Shown piece by piece: positions 60,188-64,000 of a stretch of 64,000 nt of DNA. The notes under the pieces were generated by a model. The model searched no databases and had not been told where the DNA came from. It saw nothing but the letters and a program-made list of their open reading frames with translations. Each line of letters begins with the position of its first letter. Positions within the stretch are counted from its first letter, which is position 1. A program made the position numbers and the translations under genes. The stretch is from NCBI GenBank assembly GCA_963805855.1, contig CAWDVW010000007.1, positions 384,001-448,000 on the forward strand, written 5' to 3'. Source of the DNA: Candidatus Dadabacteria bacterium (GTDB lineage Bacteria > Desulfobacterota_D > UBA1144 > Nemesobacterales > CSP1-2).

Positions 60188-60261
60188 CTCCCTAAAAAGT
60201 GTTAAGTTATTTTAATTTATCTATGCATAATATCAATACATGTAAAAGCATCCCGCAGTTC

Positions 60262-60290
60262 TTGACATTGGGATTCCTAATAGAAATAAT
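60262..60290 (+). promoter_or_regulatory. sigma70-like promoter for lutABC
   Basis: TTGACA-N17-AATAAT. Confidence 0.45.
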
Positions 60291-60326
60291 CAAGATGGGA
60301 TCTACAATCAATCGGCTCTTTTTAAC

Positions 60327-61094
60327 TTGCTCTCAAAAAAGGAAGGTACCGAAATAAAAGCCTACATATTTATAACTTGCCTAGTCGACACCTTTTTTCC
60401 CCATGTCGGTGAAAGCATGGTTGCGGTTCTCAGAAGAATTGGGGTAGATTTAGATTTTCTTGAAGACCAAACCTGCTGCGGACAGCCTGCTTTTAATAGC
60501 GGTTATCATTCCGATGCCAAAATACTCGCAAAGAGATTTCTCTCGATATTTGATAATGACGACTATATCGTCTGTCCCTCTGGTTCATGCACGAGCATGG
60601 TAAAGATTTTTTATAAAGAACTGTTTAAGAATGATCCAGAAATGCATGAGATCACACAGAGGGTATCGGCGAGGACTCGTGAATTTTCTGATTTCATCGT
60701 TAACGTACTAAACAAGGAGGATGTGGGGGCTTCTTTTAATGGGAAGGTTACCTATCACGACTCCTGCCATCTTTTAAGAGAGCTAAGGGTTAAAGATGAG
60801 CCACGAAAACTGATTAATTCCGTGAAAGGGATTGATTTTATTGACATGAGCAACAGCGATACATGCTGTGGGTTCGGCGGAGCATTCTCAATAAAGTTCC
60901 CGGAGGTATCCGTCTCAATTTTAGATGAGAAGATAGAAAATATCACAAACACAGGTGCGGATGCCGTCATATCAGGCGATATGGGATGTCTTATGCAGAT
61001 TGGCGGAGCGTTAAGGAGAAGAAAGATCCCTATCAAGACGATGCATCTGGCGGAACTACTCGCCTCGGATGAAACCCAAAAATCAATAATTTGA
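60327..61094 (+). CDS. lutA: L-lactate utilization protein LutA/LldE (CCG domains)
   Basis: FITCLVD, QTCCGQPAFNSG, YHDSCH and CCGFGG motifs. Confidence 0.92.
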   Translation: MLSKKEGTEIKAYIFITCLVDTFFPHVGESMVAVLRRIGVDLDFLEDQTCCGQPAFNSGYHSDAKILAKRFLSIFDNDDYIVCPSGSCTSMVKIFYKELFKNDPEMHEITQRVSARTREFSDFIVNVLNKEDVGASFNGKVTYHDSCHLLRELRVKDEPRKLINSVKGIDFIDMSNSDTCCGFGGAFSIKFPEVSVSILDEKIENITNTGADAVISGDMGCLMQIGGALRRRKIPIKTMHLAELLASDETQKSII

Positions 61095-62536
61095 TGTTAA
61101 AAATGAATGTATATAGTCACGATTTTAAAAAGCACTCGGACAGGGCCTTGAAAAATGAAAAGCTCCAGAAGGCCTTGAGATATACCACAGATCGCTTTAG
61201 GGAAAGAAGAAAATCCGCAGTAGCGGGCGTGGGTAATTGGGAGGACTTAAGATCCCTCGCAAGAGAAATAAAACAGGAAACGATTTCAAATCTTGATAAG
61301 TACCTGGAGTTGCTGGAAGAAAATGTCGTTAAAGCTGGAGGAATTGTTCACTGGGCAACCGATGCCGATGAAGCGGCCAAAGTAATCTTAGAAATCGCCT
61401 TGAAGTCAGGGGTAAAGTCGGTTGTGAAGAGTAAGTCAATGGCAACCGAAGAAATAGAACTCAACCACGCACTCAATCAAGCAGGAATAGAGGCTATTGA
61501 AACAGACCTTGGTGAGTACATTATTCAACTTGCCAAAGAAACTCCGTCGCATATAATCGCTCCTGCTATTCACAAATCGAAAGAAGATATTTCAAAACTA
61601 TTTTCAGAAACGTTGAATATTCCCTACTACACTGAACCTGAGGATTTAACAAAGATAGCCAGGGAAAAATTGAGACAAAAGTTTCTGACTGCAGATATGG
61701 GAGTCTCAGGAGCAAACTTTGCCGTGGCGGAGACCGGTACTATCGTGATTGTCGAAAATGAAGGAAATGCTAGGCTGACAACTACTTTGCCCAGGCTACA
61801 TGTAGCCTTGATGGGTATAGAAAAGGTTATTCCGCGCTTCGAGGATCTGGCAGTATTTCTCAGCATACTGGCAAGAAGCGCCACGGGTCAAAAGATGTCC
61901 TCATATGTGTCTCTCATAACCGGTCCGACGAGAAAAGGTGAAAAGGATGGCCCTGAAGAATTTCACCTCGTTTTACTGGATAATGGACGATCAAATATTC
62001 TAGCCACTGATGAAACCAGGGAATCCCTTTATTGTATAAGGTGTGGAGCCTGTCTTAACATCTGTCCTGTTTACAGAAAGGTTGGGGGACATTCGTATGG
62101 ATGGGTCTATTCCGGTCCTATTGGTGCGATTATTTCTCCGCAACTCCTGGGGTTTGACAAAGCACCTGACCTTCCATTCGCTTCCTCTCTCTGTGGAGCG
62201 TGTAAGGATGTTTGTCCTGTGAAAATCGATATACCAAAGGTTTTGCTGGAACTCAGGAAAAGGGTTATCGAAGAAAAATCCCGAGCGAATAGGGTAGGGG
62301 TGGATAAGCTAGAGAAGCTAGGAATAAAGATCTGGCGGTTAGCAATGGAGCATCCCTGGGTTTATAGTCATTTATTGACATTGGCATATTACGGCCAGCG
62401 GCTGTGGCTCCGCGGACTTGGAGATGAAAGGAAATCCCAGCCCCTCGCATTTAAACAATGGACAAAAAGCCGGGAGTTTCCGACGATAGCAAAAAGACCC
62501 TTCAGAAAGAGATGGAAGGAAATGAGAGAAAAGTAA
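61091..62536 (+). CDS. lutB: L-lactate utilization Fe-S protein LutB/LldF
   Basis: KSKSM, ETDLGEYIIQL, CIRCGACLNICPVY and SSLCGAC..VCPV motifs. Confidence 0.94.
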   Translation: MMLKMNVYSHDFKKHSDRALKNEKLQKALRYTTDRFRERRKSAVAGVGNWEDLRSLAREIKQETISNLDKYLELLEENVVKAGGIVHWATDADEAAKVILEIALKSGVKSVVKSKSMATEEIELNHALNQAGIEAIETDLGEYIIQLAKETPSHIIAPAIHKSKEDISKLFSETLNIPYYTEPEDLTKIAREKLRQKFLTADMGVSGANFAVAETGTIVIVENEGNARLTTTLPRLHVALMGIEKVIPRFEDLAVFLSILARSATGQKMSSYVSLITGPTRKGEKDGPEEFHLVLLDNGRSNILATDETRESLYCIRCGACLNICPVYRKVGGHSYGWVYSGPIGAIISPQLLGFDKAPDLPFASSLCGACKDVCPVKIDIPKVLLELRKRVIEEKSRANRVGVDKLEKLGIKIWRLAMEHPWVYSHLLTLAYYGQRLWLRGLGDERKSQPLAFKQWTKSREFPTIAKRPFRKRWKEMREK

Positions 62537-62538
62537 AT

Positions 62539-63261
62539 ATGGAGTCTGGTTCGAGGGATAAAGTACTAAGCAGGATAAAGAGCGCCCTTTACAGGCCAAG
62601 TGATGACAGCGGGCCCGGCTCTGAACCCGCAGCTCATAAGCCTGGTTGTTTTGTCAAGGGAAAGATGCGCATCGAGTCTGACAATAACCTTAAGCGAGAA
62701 GACCAGAACCTTATTGACATATTCACAAATGAGCTTGGTAAGGTAAACGGGCTATCTAAAGTCCTGAATAACGAGGATGAACTCGGGCAATATCTATCTA
62801 ATGTAACTGCCGAACATGATTCAAAATCCTTCATAGTATGGGAAACGCCTCTAATCAAGCAATTGAAGGTTATTGAATATCTTAAAAGTAATGGACTAAG
62901 GGTGATTAAGTCACATGATAAAAAACACCTTGAAAGAGCAGATATAGGCATTACCGAGGCAGACTATGCAATCGCGGACTCGGGCACATTGGTTTTGTTC
63001 TCAAATCCAAAGAAACCAAGGTTGGTATCGCTCATAACGCCGATCCATATAGCTATTTTAGACCCGAAAAATGTCGTTCCTAATATTTTTGATTTATTTC
63101 AGGTAATAACGCAAGAATCTGATGAGGAATTACACCCTAAAGACATAGTGAGTTGTATTACCTTTATCACAGGCCCAAGCAGAACCGCCGACATAGAGCT
63201 GAACCTTACATTGGGAGTACACGGGCCCAAGGAAGTTCATATTTTGATATACCAGAAATGA
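62539..63261 (+). CDS. lutC: L-lactate utilization protein LutC/LldG
   Basis: GIT....AIADSGT and ITGPSRTADIEL.L.LGVHGP motifs; ATG 62539 just after the lutB stop. Confidence 0.9.
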   Translation: MESGSRDKVLSRIKSALYRPSDDSGPGSEPAAHKPGCFVKGKMRIESDNNLKREDQNLIDIFTNELGKVNGLSKVLNNEDELGQYLSNVTAEHDSKSFIVWETPLIKQLKVIEYLKSNGLRVIKSHDKKHLERADIGITEADYAIADSGTLVLFSNPKKPRLVSLITPIHIAILDPKNVVPNIFDLFQVITQESDEELHPKDIVSCITFITGPSRTADIELNLTLGVHGPKEVHILIYQK

Positions 63262-63435
63262 CTGCTAGACCTTAAGCCACGATTAATATAATGGTTCAGG
63301 CAGGTTATATCTACCTTATAATCTTATACCTTATTTTGTGAATGAAGATTGCTAATAACTGTATTGCGATATAATAGGGCTCTTACATGAGTTATATAAT
63401 GTAATATATAAGACTATTTATCTATCATCCTGATG

Positions 63436-64000
63436 TTATTGAATACTTTCAGGTTCGTGCATCCAATCTCTCGCATTGAAGGCTTCACCGGTCACATTAA
63501 TTGAGTCATCAGATGCTAGATATACAAAAATCGGCGCTATATCATCCGGGGTTGGAAGCGTTTCAGGATCCTCCTCTGGATAGGCCGCAGCACGCATCTC
63601 TGTTCTTGTACCGCCCGGATTGACAGAATTAACCCGTACTTTTGGCTTTAATTCATCTGCAAGCACCTGCGTTAAGCCCTCGAGTCCGAATTTTGACGCA
63701 GCATAGGCTCCCCAGCCGGCTTTGCCACGTCTCCCCACGCTCGAACTTACGTTGATTATCGAGGACTTATTTCCATTCAATAAAAGAGGGAGGAGTGCCT
63801 TGGTCACGAAAAATTGAGCGTTCAGGTTTATTTGAATTGTCTTTTCCCAAATATCCTCATCATAATCCATGATAGGTTTACGAAGCCCAAGTATGCTGGC
63901 ATTATTCACGAGGATATCAAGCCTGCCAAACCTGTCCTCAATTTCGTCCTTCACTGACTTAACCTGATTCCTCTTAGATATGTCTGCTTTGATATATGAG
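63436..64000 (-). CDS. YciK-like short-chain dehydrogenase, C-terminal part (runs off the window end)
   Basis: VNNAS, SSSVGRRG.AGWGAYAASK and NPGGTRTEMRAAAYP motifs; frame stays open to 64000. Confidence 0.85.
   Translation of the reverse strand, partial: SYIKADISKRNQVKSVKDEIEDRFGRLDILVNNASILGLRKPIMDYDEDIWEKTIQINLNAQFFVTKALLPLLLNGNKSSIINVSSSVGRRGKAGWGAYAASKFGLEGLTQVLADELKPKVRVNSVNPGGTRTEMRAAAYPEEDPETLPTPDDIAPIFVYLASDDSINVTGEAFNARDWMHEPESIQ

Overview
A 64 kb bacterial chromosomal segment of moderate GC, made mostly of housekeeping genes. These include maeB (partial), ccdA/TlpA, gloB, metH, hemB, purKE, pyc, pepA, sppA, ilvE, phaR, der, suhB-like, fetAB-like, lipB-lpd/aceEF-lpd, ileS, a DsbA-family gene, lutABC and SDRs. 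I saw no rRNA, tRNA, CRISPR array or intact transposase. Five things stand out. (1) An 840-aa fusion of an RRE/PqqD-like domain, a radical SAM/SPASM domain and an ArsM-type arsenite methyltransferase, next to a DUF2064/TIGR04282 glycosyltransferase; this is a candidate one-polypeptide organoarsenical pathway. (2) A decayed REP-associated tyrosine transposase (RAYT), missed by the ORF track, whose reading frame contains the 28-bp GTAG palindrome scattered through the intergenic regions. (3) Nested intergenic repeats, including a ~22-24 nt element (YCCTTCGACnnnGCTCAGGACARG) inserted into the loops of at least three other repeat families. (4) A type III PKS + methyltransferase pair. (5) A tandem alpha/beta-hydrolase pair in which one copy lacks the catalytic Ser. 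A TPR gene with a probable ATT start and several apparently leaderless genes are also visible. All family assignments come from motif recognition by eye, not from database searches.
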